Part shown: positions 13,981 through 25,341 of the stretch, in pieces
Layout of the letters: the number at the start of each line of letters is the position of its first letter
Numbering within the stretch: position 1 is the stretch's first letter
Source of the DNA: Tetramitus jugosus
Taxonomy: Eukaryota > Protista > Heterolobosea
Direction: 5' to 3'
Length of the DNA stretch: 64,000 nucleotides
Assembly: GCA_937625935.1 (NCBI GenBank)
Contig: OW569391.1
Span: 310,001 to 374,000, forward strand
Made by a program: the position numbers and the translations under genes
Notes under the pieces: model-generated
Seen by the model: only the letters and a program-made list of their open reading frames with translations
What the model was told of the DNA's origin: nothing
The model's database searches: none

Positions 13981-16900
13981 TTATTCCTCTAATCGAGTTC
14001 TCTTCTTCCCTCGGTTTGAGGCAGCAGCTGGTGCAGATCGTTTTCTTGATTTTTGAACGGGTGTTGGAGACAGCAAGAGTGCAGCACTGTGGGAATCGTC
14101 GTCCTCTTGCGTTTCGTTCTCTGTGTTTACTTGAGTTTCCACACTTGGCACAGATTCTCTTCTTTCGGGTTCCATATCAACAGCACTGCTATGTCCTGCA
14201 ATCCGATGGACAGTTGACTGACCATTCACAAACTTAGTTTTAAATAATACATTCGCGTTCTGGAACATGCCCTCTTTCAATGACACGACAATGAATTGCG
14301 AGTTGGCAAAGTGAGTTTTCAACATCCGTCCAATATTTTGTGTATGTGAGGGATCCAACGCCGCATCAATTTCATCCAGAATATACATTGGAGCAGGTTT
14401 AAAGAGCAGCAAAGCCAAGATGAGTGATAGGGCTAGCAGAGATCGCTGACCGCCACTTAGTTCGGCCAGTGATTGCTTCCACACATTACCAAACGCAACT
14501 TTCACTTCCAGTCCATCCATCACACCTTCATCTCCCTCTGTTGCTGGCTCCAGTTTGGCCGTCGTTCCTGGTAGAAGCGTGCTAAAGATGGATCCAAAGT
14601 CTTGGTTCACTTTCGTCCATGTCTTCTTGATTGCTTGCTTCTTCTTTTCATCCAGTTCTTGGATCACCTGTTCAATCTTACTCTTGTCCTTGTCGACAAT
14701 GCCTCTCTTTTTCATCAAGTTCATATAGTCCTGTTCTGCCTTCTCATACATGGTCATGACCTTTTTGTTCACAGATTTTGTAAGTTTTTGGTGTTCATTC
14801 TTCAGTGATTCGAGTCTCACCTTTAACTCTTCAGCTGATTCACGATTACTGCGGAAGTCGTACTCTGAGTTTGGCTTGTTGAAAAGATGCTCCTCGGTAG
14901 ATATCCATGTGTGAATACTGATCAAGTTCTTTGTCACGGATTCGGTTTCCTTCTGAACCTTTTGCAACCGAGTCATTTTGTGCTGAGCCTTCTTAATTTC
15001 CAAATTCAACTCTATTTCAGCTCGTTCGTGCTCCTCCTTTTGTTGCATGAGTTGGGCGAGTTCTTTGTCCGCTTTGGCCATGTCTTTTTGTCGATTCACG
15101 AGTTTGGCTTGAAGTGTGTCATACTCTTCTTTGGTGCCGAGGGCCTTTGACTCAGCTTCCTGGAGCTCTGTTTGGAATTCATTCTCGATCGCGTGTTGGA
15201 GTTGCTTCAATTGCTCTTCTAGTTGTTGAACCTCCTCTTCTTGTTCAGCAATCTGGGCAGTGAGCCTATCTCTGTCCGATTCTTTGGTGTTGAATTCATT
15301 TCTGGCTTGTTGAAGAAGTCTCTTTGCTTCCCGAGAGTTTTTCTCAATTTGTTTCAGTGTGGCTTCCTTATTCTGAGCTGTGTTTGTAAATTGCTCCAAT
15401 TGCTGTTCTACATGTGCCATTTGGTCATTATTGAGAGTTTGCTGTTCCTTGAGAGTTTCAATCTTTGATTCAAATTGAACGATGTCGGTCTCGCCTTGAC
15501 TAATCTCCTTTTGGAGTTGGGACGATCTTCCCTGTTCCATATTCTTCTGCAACAGCTTAATCTCATGCTTCTTCAAATCAATCTTTCTCAACAGCTCCGA
15601 GTACTGCTTCTTGACATTTTGATTCTGGGACAAATATTTCTTCACTTGTTGTATCTCGTTCTCGATATCATTTCTCTTAGCCTCTAGTGCATGTAACTTG
15701 TCCAGCTTTAGTAGAGGCGAGTTAGAGGCATCAGCTCTTCGCGAGCCTCCAGTCAGTGTACCGCGGGGATCAAAACTGTCTCCATCATGCGTTACCGTCT
15801 TACAGAACACTTCTCTATCAAAGGCGACCTTTTTAGCTCGCTCTAGTGTATCACACACAAGGGTTTGACCGAATGTATATTGCATGGCAGGGTCTACACT
15901 CTGGTCATATTCGACGAGGATGAGTGCCAAATCTGCTCCCATCTTCTTGGCTTTCGTGAGAACACTCTCTGGCAATGTGGAGTACTTAACCTTATTCAGT
16001 GGAATTACTGTAACACGCTTATCGAATTTGCCATGCTTGATAAGTTGCGTGGCCGTTTGCTCAGTATCAACTACCAACTGGATTAATTTGTTTCCAGCAG
16101 TAACCTCAAGTGCGATGCTTGTCTGTGGATCCCTGATCTTGAATAGGTCAGCGACTAGACCTTTTACTTTATCTGGATTCACAACCTTCTTATCATAATT
16201 TAGCGCAAACACTGTTAATTCACTTCGCAGCTCGTTGATTTGGTTTGTGACATCGTCCATCGAAGACTGCAATTGATTCATATCTTTCAGGTTTTGGTCA
16301 TATCCCTTTTGGTCAAATGAATGCGTGTTCAGTTCGTTCACGAAGCCAGCCAAAACGGACTCCAAGGAGGCAACACGATTTTTCATTTCGTCATCATTCG
16401 AGCTTGCTTTTTGCAAAGTTTGTTTCTTTTGTTCCAGAGTTTTCCTCAAGTGACTCAACTTTAAGGAGGTTTGTTCTTGCTCAGTTTTTAGTTGCGAGTC
16501 CTTGGTTTTGCAGTCAATCAACTGTTCTGTCAGAGTTCTGCCATTGGTAGCATCGCTATCAACAGCCAAACCGGCATACACTGCCTCATACTGCTTATTC
16601 AAGTTTGCGACATTAGTTGAGCATTGGTCAACTCTTTCCTTATACGTCGTTAGAATATCGTTCGCCGAACCAAGTTTGACTCTGTTGGTTTCGATTAATT
16701 GCTTTTCGTCGTCCAATTGTTTCTTCAATTTATCTCTTCTCTTTGTTTCTGTTTCGTACGATTCCTTGACGTGTTCATATTGTGAGTTGAGTTGCACCAG
16801 AGTTTTACTCAATTCGGCCACCTTCTTCTCCAATGTTGTAAAATCACTCTCAATATCCTTTTGCTTCGATTTACGCTTCTGTTCAATAGTTTTCTGAATA

Positions 16901-17727
16901 TTCTTGTGGGAAGATTGACTCTGAGAGCACTTTTGTTGAAGAGCGTCAATTTCTTGTTCCAACTGATTCACATCCTTCTTTGCCTTCTCGGATTGTGCAG
17001 CGCAGGTCGTGTATTGATATGCAGCACAGTACCGTTCCAATTTCTCAATATCAGTCTTGCCCTGAGACCATTGAATATACTTTGCTCTCTCTCCCTTCAA
17101 TTTTTCCAATGTTGGGATAATTTCTTCGTTTAACACACGGCCAATCTCCTCCAGTTTCTTATCCTTTTTCATTATCGTGTTCTGAGCTGACACCTTTTTC
17201 ATTTCGTACATTCTTGTACCGGCAGCCTCTTCAATCATGCTCAAGATCTCTGGTGGTTTCATGTTCAACACTTTTGTAATACGTCCCTGCATAATGAGAA
17301 AATGAGGATTATTCACGTTCAATTGCACGGATAGGAACAAGTTTTGAACACGATTCAATGGTGCATTCTTACCATTGATCAAATACTTGTTCCTACCGCC
17401 AATGACCACCTGTCTAGCGACTGTAATTTCAGAACAGTCTTCATAGCCGACTGGAGAGTTCTTTCGATCAGAATTATCAAATGTAATGGTCACACTTGCT
17501 TTTGTAACACCTGCTTGACCTCCCTTGAACACCAATTCCTGAAGGTTGTTCACACGCACTTGACTCAGATTGGAAATACCCAAAACGAAGCAAATGGCAT
17601 CCAAAATGTTACTCTTTCCTGAACCGTTTAGACCTGTGATGGCATTGAAGGATTGGTCAAAACCTGAGAGAACAGTTCTTGAAGCATAGGACTTGAATCC
17701 ATCGATAATTATTTTAGAAATGTGCAT
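13981..17727 (-). CDS. SMC2: Condensin subunit SMC2
   Basis: N-terminal GFKSYA and FNAITGLNGSGKSNILD, QLNVNNPHFLIMQGRITKVLNMKP, hinge region, and C-terminal LSGGQRSL and YILDEIDAALD. Confidence 0.97.
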   Translation of the reverse strand: MHISKIIIDGFKSYASRTVLSGFDQSFNAITGLNGSGKSNILDAICFVLGISNLSQVRVNNLQELVFKGGQAGVTKASVTITFDNSDRKNSPVGYEDCSEITVARQVVIGGRNKYLINGKNAPLNRVQNLFLSVQLNVNNPHFLIMQGRITKVLNMKPPEILSMIEEAAGTRMYEMKKVSAQNTIMKKDKKLEEIGRVLNEEIIPTLEKLKGERAKYIQWSQGKTDIEKLERYCAAYQYTTCAAQSEKAKKDVNQLEQEIDALQQKCSQSQSSHKNIQKTIEQKRKSKQKDIESDFTTLEKKVAELSKTLVQLNSQYEHVKESYETETKRRDKLKKQLDDEKQLIETNRVKLGSANDILTTYKERVDQCSTNVANLNKQYEAVYAGLAVDSDATNGRTLTEQLIDCKTKDSQLKTEQEQTSLKLSHLRKTLEQKKQTLQKASSNDDEMKNRVASLESVLAGFVNELNTHSFDQKGYDQNLKDMNQLQSSMDDVTNQINELRSELTVFALNYDKKVVNPDKVKGLVADLFKIRDPQTSIALEVTAGNKLIQLVVDTEQTATQLIKHGKFDKRVTVIPLNKVKYSTLPESVLTKAKKMGADLALILVEYDQSVDPAMQYTFGQTLVCDTLERAKKVAFDREVFCKTVTHDGDSFDPRGTLTGGSRRADASNSPLLKLDKLHALEAKRNDIENEIQQVKKYLSQNQNVKKQYSELLRKIDLKKHEIKLLQKNMEQGRSSQLQKEISQGETDIVQFESKIETLKEQQTLNNDQMAHVEQQLEQFTNTAQNKEATLKQIEKNSREAKRLLQQARNEFNTKESDRDRLTAQIAEQEEEVQQLEEQLKQLQHAIENEFQTELQEAESKALGTKEEYDTLQAKLVNRQKDMAKADKELAQLMQQKEEHERAEIELNLEIKKAQHKMTRLQKVQKETESVTKNLISIHTWISTEEHLFNKPNSEYDFRSNRESAEELKVRLESLKNEHQKLTKSVNKKVMTMYEKAEQDYMNLMKKRGIVDKDKSKIEQVIQELDEKKKQAIKKTWTKVNQDFGSIFSTLLPGTTAKLEPATEGDEGVMDGLEVKVAFGNVWKQSLAELSGGQRSLLALSLILALLLFKPAPMYILDEIDAALDPSHTQNIGRMLKTHFANSQFIVVSLKEGMFQNANVLFKTKFVNGQSTVHRIAGHSSAVDMEPERRESVPSVETQVNTENETQEDDDSHSAALLLSPTPVQKSRKRSAPAAASNRGKKRTRLEE

Positions 17728-17998
17728 TTGTTGTTAGCTCTGGTTTGTTGTGGGTAGGGGTGGGGAGCCAATTCTGTGCGTTGGACCAAAGGTTTGGTTT
17801 TGTCAAAGAGATAACCCTTGTTGTTGCGTGCCTCTCTGTTATACTCGTTTTTTGTTCCACAAAGTGATCGAACCCCAAACATAAAAAATTGGGCGGGAGC
17901 TTTGGAACAAACGATTTTTGGCGGCAAGTTCACTCACTTTGGTGAAAGAACCGAGCGGATAATTGAGACAAAATTTGAACAAAACCAACGCAACAATA

Positions 17999-18952
17999 AT
18001 GGCAGCAAATCAACAATTGACTGATGAGCAAGTCAAACAACAATTACGATCACTCAAAGAGCCAATCTGTCTCTTTGGAGAAGACATCAAAACACGGAGA
18101 GAACGATTGAGCCGAATTCTTGGCGCCAAAACCAATTCCTCCGCCAACAGCAAGAAAACTGCCGCCAAAAATATCCTATCTACTGCGAATTCGGATGATG
18201 ACTCTAGCTCGGATTCTGACAGCAATGAGGACAATGAAGAACAAAAACGGAGAGATCAAGAGCTACAATTGCTCAAACCAGAGCATCAAAAACGTCTAAT
18301 GGATCTGAGACGTCGCATGAACCAATGCAAAAATCAAAATTTACAAGATGTGGTCCAAGAGCATCAACTCCACCAGTTCCTAGACAAGAGAAGAAAGAGA
18401 GTGGATGAAGAGAATGCTCAGAGACGAAGAAAGGGTCAAGAACAATTGTTGTTCACTGGTGATCGATTGCCTCACTTTAAGAGCAAGAAGAGAATGAGAG
18501 AAGAGCAAGTAAGCTTAGATATCAGTGCTGAAAAGAGTCAACGGATACTTGATACTGAGAAAACAAAGGTGTTTAACCAGTTGGAGCATGAACAAGATGC
18601 CAATGTTGCAGCGTATAACAAGAGAGCCAAAAATATACCTGCTCGTCTCACGGAAGCTTATCACTTGGCTGGTGCTGTCGGTGCGAATGGTGAAACTGAG
18701 TTTAGTACCTATGGAAGCTCTTCTTCTGCTGCTGCGGCTATTCCAGAGGAGAATAAGCAATTGTTGGCCAAAGAATTGGAGAACTCTCGGATAAAGAACA
18801 GTGAGTACAGCAGAAGAAGAACGTTCGATGAAGCTGACGATGTAGATTATATCAATGAACACAACAGAATGTTCAACAAGAAGGCATCAAGAATCTATGA
18901 TCCTTATACTGTAGAGATTAAGCAAAATTTAGAAAGAGGAACTGCTCTATAA
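17999..18952 (+). CDS. SYF2: Pre-mRNA splicing factor SYF2 with an extra N-terminal PRP4/SFM motif
   Basis: C-terminal SRRRTFDEADDVDYINEHNRMFNKKASRIYDPYTVEIKQNLERGTAL is the SYF2 signature; first ATG at 17999. Confidence 0.9.
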   Translation: MAANQQLTDEQVKQQLRSLKEPICLFGEDIKTRRERLSRILGAKTNSSANSKKTAAKNILSTANSDDDSSSDSDSNEDNEEQKRRDQELQLLKPEHQKRLMDLRRRMNQCKNQNLQDVVQEHQLHQFLDKRRKRVDEENAQRRRKGQEQLLFTGDRLPHFKSKKRMREEQVSLDISAEKSQRILDTEKTKVFNQLEHEQDANVAAYNKRAKNIPARLTEAYHLAGAVGANGETEFSTYGSSSSAAAAIPEENKQLLAKELENSRIKNSEYSRRRTFDEADDVDYINEHNRMFNKKASRIYDPYTVEIKQNLERGTAL

Positions 18953-19018
18953 ACAATTCTTCATCTTGACAGTTTTCCAATTAATCAAGTTACGCGCCAA
19001 TTCTCATGTACAACAAAA

Positions 19019-19381
19019 ATGAGCAACCGGCTGCAAATTGAACAACAAACAAGCACACTAGTGCTAAACGATGACAAGGATGCTCAGTTTATGGTCAAAG
19101 TAGATCTGACAGAAGAGAGTATTTTCAAGGGAATATCGTTTCAGACTGATAGCTCCGAAAACCAACAGTACCTTGAACAAAAGCTCCTCGGTGTCTTGAT
19201 GCCATCGCTCCAGCATCTTATTCACCGGTACTATGATAAACCAAATGCGCACCTACTAGAACCGAATCCCATTAATTACTTGGCCATGGAACTGATGCGA
19301 AATCATCCCAAGTACCGACCTAGTTCTTTGAAGCATCCTTATGTACAGAAATTACTCCAAAAGTCTCCAGACTCCAAATGA
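19019..19381 (+). CDS. Small protein with a Dpy-30/RIIa-like dimerisation-docking motif
   Basis: QYLEQKLLGVLMPSLQHL...PNPINYLAMELMRNHP matches the Dpy-30/RIIa pattern. Confidence 0.6.
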   Translation: MSNRLQIEQQTSTLVLNDDKDAQFMVKVDLTEESIFKGISFQTDSSENQQYLEQKLLGVLMPSLQHLIHRYYDKPNAHLLEPNPINYLAMELMRNHPKYRPSSLKHPYVQKLLQKSPDSK

Positions 19382-19394
19382 AAACTTCAAATGA

Positions 19395-21902
19395 TCAGCT
19401 CGCCCCTCTTTCTTTGAATAAACTGAAAGAGCCATTTGTTTGTACACCTAGATATATTCCATGCTTCTTGCACGAATAAACAACTTCCCTAGAGTTGACA
19501 TTGCTCGTCAGAGCAATCTCTTGATGTTTGACACCTGTATCAACATCCCAAATATTCACTGTTGGGTAACCCTGTCTTGATTCATCAGCACTACACAGCA
19601 AGGTTCGTGGTTGACCCACCTTGTCTCCAGAATTACTTTGTTCGGCATTGAACGAGCTTTGAAATAGTATGCTCTTGCTTATTGTCGTATTCCTAAAATT
19701 ATAAATGTGTTGCTTGGGTGTAATATCGAATTGTAATCCTCTCAGGGAAAAAACAAAGTGATCACCATTGTAATTCCAAGAAGATTGATTCTTTCTGAAA
19801 GTTGCTAGACAATAGCGACTTGATCTATCATAGCATACACTGACACAGTTCGGTTCCAAGGATAGATCATAAGAATCAAATCCGTTAGTCGCTGAGAAAA
19901 AGTGAAGCCCTCCCATGCTTCCGGCTAGAACTCCAGATACTTGATTTCCCGAGGCAGAAGGAATGTATTGTAGCGAGGTCAGCGAAGTATTGCGATTTGG
20001 TTCGGCATACTGGTACTTGCTGATACATTCTTTGGGTTTTCGGGTATCAAAACAATAGAGTTCGTTGGATTGTTGACATCCGACAAAAAAGACGGTGGAT
20101 GACGAGAATTCATTCTTCCAACAGCATGACCACACTGGATGGGGCAAGTTGTATGTGATACTTGTGTTGTTGGAGCGCAAATCTGTTACCTTTGCAGTCT
20201 TATCCACACTGACACTGAGCAACAAATCATCGCGTGATGGACAGTACTGGATGTCCCGTATTGCTTCCTTATGCAACAGAAATTCACTGTGGAATGAAAT
20301 GTCAGATAATTTGATCTGTTTGATCTTGTAGCCCTCCTTGTCTTTAAATGATGTCACAACGAGGGGATTGACCGGATTGAAATCAATAACTCTTCCCTCA
20401 TTGAGCGGTATTGTTTTTATCAACTGAAACATATTTGAATCATTACCCGGCGTTTTGTTATTCATGTTTCTTGCATTGAGGATTGGTGATGTATCTTTCA
20501 TTCGTGAAATAGGAGTAAATGTTCCACTGCTGACTCTTGGAGGCGGGCTACTACTATTGCTCTGATGATCATAATTGTTTATCGCTGTTGAACTACTCAC
20601 AACACCTCTATTCTTCAATAGTACTGCTTCATGATTCAATTGAGGACTGTTCACAGAGCTTCCATTCGACAATCGAGAAGTTCCAGGACTCAACGACGAT
20701 CGACCGGTAGTGGAAGTATGGTGGAACGGAGAAGACATGGTTGCAATGCTGTCTGATCGTGTTTGAAGTTCTTGTTTTAACCGAGCAATCTCTTCGTTCT
20801 TCTCTGACAACAACTCTCTCAATCGCTTAATCTTTGATTGAAACTGGATGATTCGCCCATCATCCACAACACATATGTTGTCAATGTACAGTAATCGCAC
20901 ATCAGATAGGAAACAGGTTTTCTGACAGAGAGGACAAGTCTTGTTGCGATTGAGCCACCGTTCAATGCACTTTTTACCAAACAAATGTCCGCACGGAAGA
21001 CAACACACTTGATGCATACCAGACTTGTCCAATGCACTCGCACAGATGGAACAATCAGTAGCAGGGCTATTATTGGTATTGTACGGAGCTAAATATCGAC
21101 TCATATCGACATGATCCTCCTTTGATTCTCTCCTTAAAGAAGGCTTTCTCTTTGGTTGTTCTTCTTGTTGACTAGGCTCTGTCTGACTACTACTCTTGGT
21201 ATTCTTATCCAATCGTTCTTCCCATTGACTTGTTGTAGCTTCTTTTTGTTGACTACCTAATCTTGTGTTACTCTGCTGATGCTTGGTTGCACTACTAGCA
21301 GTAGCTACAACTGAAGCAGAAGCAGAAGAAAAAGACAATTCCGGTAGCTTCTCATCAACATTAGCTTTCTCATGATGTTCAGCCAACTGAGAAGATGACA
21401 TCCCGGGAGGAGACAATCTGAGCGTTGTTGTTCTCTTGAGAGAAATAGTTCGCACCGTATTTCGCACCTGTGAACTGATACTCTGAGATGCTTGAGTATC
21501 ATTCTGCGATAAACAAACAATATCATCATCTTCGTCATCTTCATCATTATCATACATTAACTGACTACTATGAGTAGGAGTAATCTCATTCTTCTTTTCT
21601 GCTCTTTCTTCTTCATCATGATCACTGTCATCAGACAAAATTTCAACAATGTCATTATTATCATTGTCATCATCACAGGTTGCATTTTGTGTCGGTTGTT
21701 GAGTGTGTAACATCAACATGGATTGTGATGATGACATGGTTGTTAAACGTAGCTTCTTCTTGTTTTTGTTGTGGTTGTGGTGCTGTTCATCATCTTCCTC
21801 TGAAGAGGAATCATCATTGTATTGCTGTTCATCGTCGTTGGCTCGTTTGCGATGATTCATTGCTGTTGTTGCTTGATAATCTCGTTTGCTTTGGAAACGC
21901 AT
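19395..21902 (-). CDS. RFWD3: RFWD3-like E3 ligase (disordered N-terminus, RING, coiled coil, WD40)
   Basis: RING CSIC...HQVCCLPCGHLFGKKCIERWL...CPLC, a coiled coil, and WD40 HKEAIRDI...LLLSVSVDKTAKV...VWSCCW. Confidence 0.85.
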   Translation of the reverse strand: MRFQSKRDYQATTAMNHRKRANDDEQQYNDDSSSEEDDEQHHNHNKNKKKLRLTTMSSSQSMLMLHTQQPTQNATCDDDNDNNDIVEILSDDSDHDEEERAEKKNEITPTHSSQLMYDNDEDDEDDDIVCLSQNDTQASQSISSQVRNTVRTISLKRTTTLRLSPPGMSSSQLAEHHEKANVDEKLPELSFSSASASVVATASSATKHQQSNTRLGSQQKEATTSQWEERLDKNTKSSSQTEPSQQEEQPKRKPSLRRESKEDHVDMSRYLAPYNTNNSPATDCSICASALDKSGMHQVCCLPCGHLFGKKCIERWLNRNKTCPLCQKTCFLSDVRLLYIDNICVVDDGRIIQFQSKIKRLRELLSEKNEEIARLKQELQTRSDSIATMSSPFHHTSTTGRSSLSPGTSRLSNGSSVNSPQLNHEAVLLKNRGVVSSSTAINNYDHQSNSSSPPPRVSSGTFTPISRMKDTSPILNARNMNNKTPGNDSNMFQLIKTIPLNEGRVIDFNPVNPLVVTSFKDKEGYKIKQIKLSDISFHSEFLLHKEAIRDIQYCPSRDDLLLSVSVDKTAKVTDLRSNNTSITYNLPHPVWSCCWKNEFSSSTVFFVGCQQSNELYCFDTRKPKECISKYQYAEPNRNTSLTSLQYIPSASGNQVSGVLAGSMGGLHFFSATNGFDSYDLSLEPNCVSVCYDRSSRYCLATFRKNQSSWNYNGDHFVFSLRGLQFDITPKQHIYNFRNTTISKSILFQSSFNAEQSNSGDKVGQPRTLLCSADESRQGYPTVNIWDVDTGVKHQEIALTSNVNSREVVYSCKKHGIYLGVQTNGSFSLFKERGAS

Positions 21903-22004
21903 TCATGTCATTTTTATTGGAGTTTGATTTTCTTCCACCAAAGTCTCGAAGTTCCTTTCGAGTTAACTGGATGTGACGGACACTCAGAACAAATGGGTCA
22001 ACTT

Positions 22005-24927
22005 CTACTTGTCGAATAGCTTCAATATGCTATCGAATAAAGGTTGATTCAAACGGCTCCGAAGTTCCTCTACAACCAAGTCATTCGGTTGCTCCTTCTT
22101 GAGCATGTCCACTTCTTCTCTTGCCTCTGACAGCCGATTCTGCTCAATCATATGTTTCAAGTTATCGTGTGCATAATGTAACCTCAGGTCAATATCTCTT
22201 GCCTTACGCCAATCATTAAGTGGTTGGTAGATATCAAGTGGTTGGTGCTTACCCTTGACACGTACTCGTGCGATCCATCTACAAATGTACCGTTCTTTCA
22301 CCTTCTCATAAGTTCCTGGCCCAATGATAATGCCAGTGCCATATCTCTGATTCAACAAGCCCAATCGACTAATGAAATGAACGCGAGCAATTAGTACATA
22401 ACAACAAGATTCGAAGATGGGAAAATAAAGTTTGAACATACCTGGCAACATTGACTCCATCTCCAAGTGCAGTGTAACTAACACGATCTCGACTACCAAT
22501 ATTTCCTACAAAGCACTTGGCTGTATTGATACCAGCCGTGATATACAATTTGGGATATCCTTTGCCGGCCCATATCTGATTCAACTTGACCATTTTACGC
22601 ACAATATCTCGTGCAGCAGCGACAGCACAAAGAGCGTGATCTTTCACAGGAACAGGAGCATTAAACAAAGCCATAATACAACCTTCCATCTAATAATACA
22701 AACAACGAAAACATTAGTGAGTATTTGAGAAGTGATCCAAAAAATAAGATTGAAGCATACATACATATTTGTCAACAACACCCTTTCTCTTGGATAGGAT
22801 GGCTGATATCTCGGTAAAATATAGCTGAAGGATATCAATAAGCACAACTGGTGATACTCGATCAAAGAATCCATCAATGTCCGAATGAAGATGAATGAAA
22901 ACTGTTGTGAGTTCCACTTGCGAAACACCCAGCTGAGCAGTCTTTTTCTGTTTCACCAACTCTCGTACGACATCCGAAGGCACAAACAGCTCAAAGGAGT
23001 TGAGCGACTTTTGAGTCTGTTCTACACTTTTTACAATTCGGTCCAACTCATACAATCGAGAAGACTTCACTGCCTTCTCCTTTGAAAAGTCCATATTGGC
23101 AATCAATTTCATCCTCCTTGAGACATGAGATAAGGTCCGCGATATCGTACAACCAATCAATATTGAAAACACCAGTGCTGCAAGTAACAACACAGCACTA
23201 ATACTCAGAGAAATTTGATTAGAATGAGTGACTGATCTGTACACAACTGCAGATTCAATTATCGAGACAACGATCCAATCTAATCCATAACTGTCTCTCA
23301 ATGCTTTCAAATCAGCAATAAATTCTCGTCCTCTTGAATCCGTAAACTTAAATTCGACCACATTCAAGTGATTCAACCGAAATGGCACGCCAAACTTCTG
23401 TGCTATGTGTTGAGCAGCTCCTTTCACTTCTGGACTGGAGTGATTAAGTGCCGATTGGCGCAACGTAGCAGATGGAGTCACTTGTACAGTCTCTCCAACA
23501 CTAGTCCCAATAATGTTCAATGACGGTTCAACAATAAAAATAATCGAATTACTGTTCCGTGTCAATAGAGCAAGGAACAATGATATGCTCTTCAGATTGA
23601 AATCCACTGTTAAGACACCACGTATGTTGCCATTAGCGTCCATGAATGTGGTGCTCATGGGAAATCGAATCGTTGGTGTAGAATTCGAAGCATAAGCCGG
23701 AGTCCACATGATTCGACCTGGATTGTTTCGAACAATCGAGTACCAAGACCTAGTAGTTGGAAGAAATGTTTGTCTATACTGCACATCACCGAAAGATGGC
23801 TCAAATGTCGTCCTAGGCACAGGATATATCCTCAAGGTGCTGCTGTTTACGGATGTGTCCGCAAGAACCAACGTAAAGGCATTTTCATCTCTGATGAAAC
23901 TATCTCTCAGCACAGAAGTGTACGAATTCGTTTCCGTTCCATAATAGATACCATCAATGTACGACGTGTTTAAATAGCTGGAAAAGAAGGAAATTTGCAA
24001 GTCCCTTGACCCAGGATAAGTGCTATTGCCTATTGGAAAGCCGATCACATTTTCCCACGTCTTGAACCGATACAACAAACTCTGTAACTTCATTGGACCG
24101 TCATTCAAAAAAGCAGTCATATGATTTGCTATGCGAAACACAACATTGATTCTGTCTTGACGCGACACTGTGTTCACACCGTGCTTATTGACAAGAAAAT
24201 TGACAATCCACACGGAACCTGCACTCAGTATCAACAACGTCAAACAAATGACAATTAATAGAAAGCTTAGAGACCATAGATACTGAGGAATCTTACACCA
24301 CTTGATCCTTCTCCGCCGCCGTGGTCCATTGAACCCTAAGAAGTGCCCCTTTTTTTGTTGAGTAAGTTCTTGAGTATCCCTGTTCATTGTATTCGTGTCA
24401 TCACTAATCACATCACTATCGTCATCATAATTGTCATTGTTGTCGTTAGCTTCCTGTAATATTGGCCAATTATGAAATCTTGGATAGGCTAAAGTTGTTG
24501 CCGCAACTTCCGTAGCGGAAGAAGCGGGGTAATTTGGAAGCTGTTGCTGATCGTTGGAGTCATCGTCGTTGTGATTAGTATTATGACTGTTCATCATAAT
24601 CATGCTCAGTGCGGCTGCTGTTGGAGGAGTTGATGATGGTGGAGCTCCTTCTGACGTTAGTAAGGGACTCACATGTGACGATGATGACGGTGCTGTCACA
24701 TTCGAGTCCAATGATGATTTTTGAGGCGTCGCCGTTGCCGCCGGGTCCAATATCGTCATGAGTTCAATGTTGTTCAAATTGCGATAGAATTGCTGTTCGT
24801 CGTCGTGGTTGTTGTTGGCTTCGGCTTGCAGGTCTCGGAATTCTTCACTACTGTCGCTAGTAGCATTGTTGGCCTTTATCAATCGGTAGTTACTATCGGT
24901 ATTGCTGTTCTTTCTCTCAAAATTCAT
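22005..24927 (-). CDS. Receptor-type class III adenylyl cyclase-like protein (TM, Cache-like domain, TM, HAMP, cyclase); introns 22690-22764 and 22369-22441
   Basis: Two TM helices around a Cache-like PTTRSWY...WTPAY...GVLTVD region, a HAMP-like linker, and cyclase motifs SDIDGF, VDKY|MEGCIMALFNAP, GINT...VGNIGS and YTALGDGVNVAS|RL. Confidence 0.85.
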
Positions 24928-25214
24928 TATCCTACTCTATCTACTTAAAAACTCACGCAACAATCGATTGTTGATTTGCTTTTAGTTAGTTATAAGATTT
25001 GGAAGAACGAACGAAAGCTTCGGACGGGGAAGAGTCTGTGATGTAACGTGGTTGCGTGGGTGCTCTTGTTTGCTCCAATATTCCAAACAAAAAATAGTTG
25101 CCGGAGAGTCAACAATGGTTACGCAAAGCTTTCTTACCCTCTTTTGGGTCAAATGCGCACCTTTCGTTTTAGATTCGATAGGCGAAGGGAATCCGTCAAA
25201 AATGTGAAAAGGTG

Positions 25215-25287
25215 TGGTCGTTGCAGGGATCGAACCTGCGACCAATGGCTTATTAGACCAACGCTCTACCGACTGAGCTAAACGACC
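25215..25287 (-). tRNA. tRNA-Ile(AAT)
   Basis: Cloverleaf GGTCGTT TA GCTCAGTCGGTAGAGC G TTGGT CT AAT AA GCCAT TGGTC GCAGG TTCGATC CCTGC AACGACC A. Confidence 0.93.
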
Positions 25288-25341
25288 TCTATATATAGAA
25301 TTCTCTACAATGTGAATTTATATACAATTTTCTTAGAAAAA

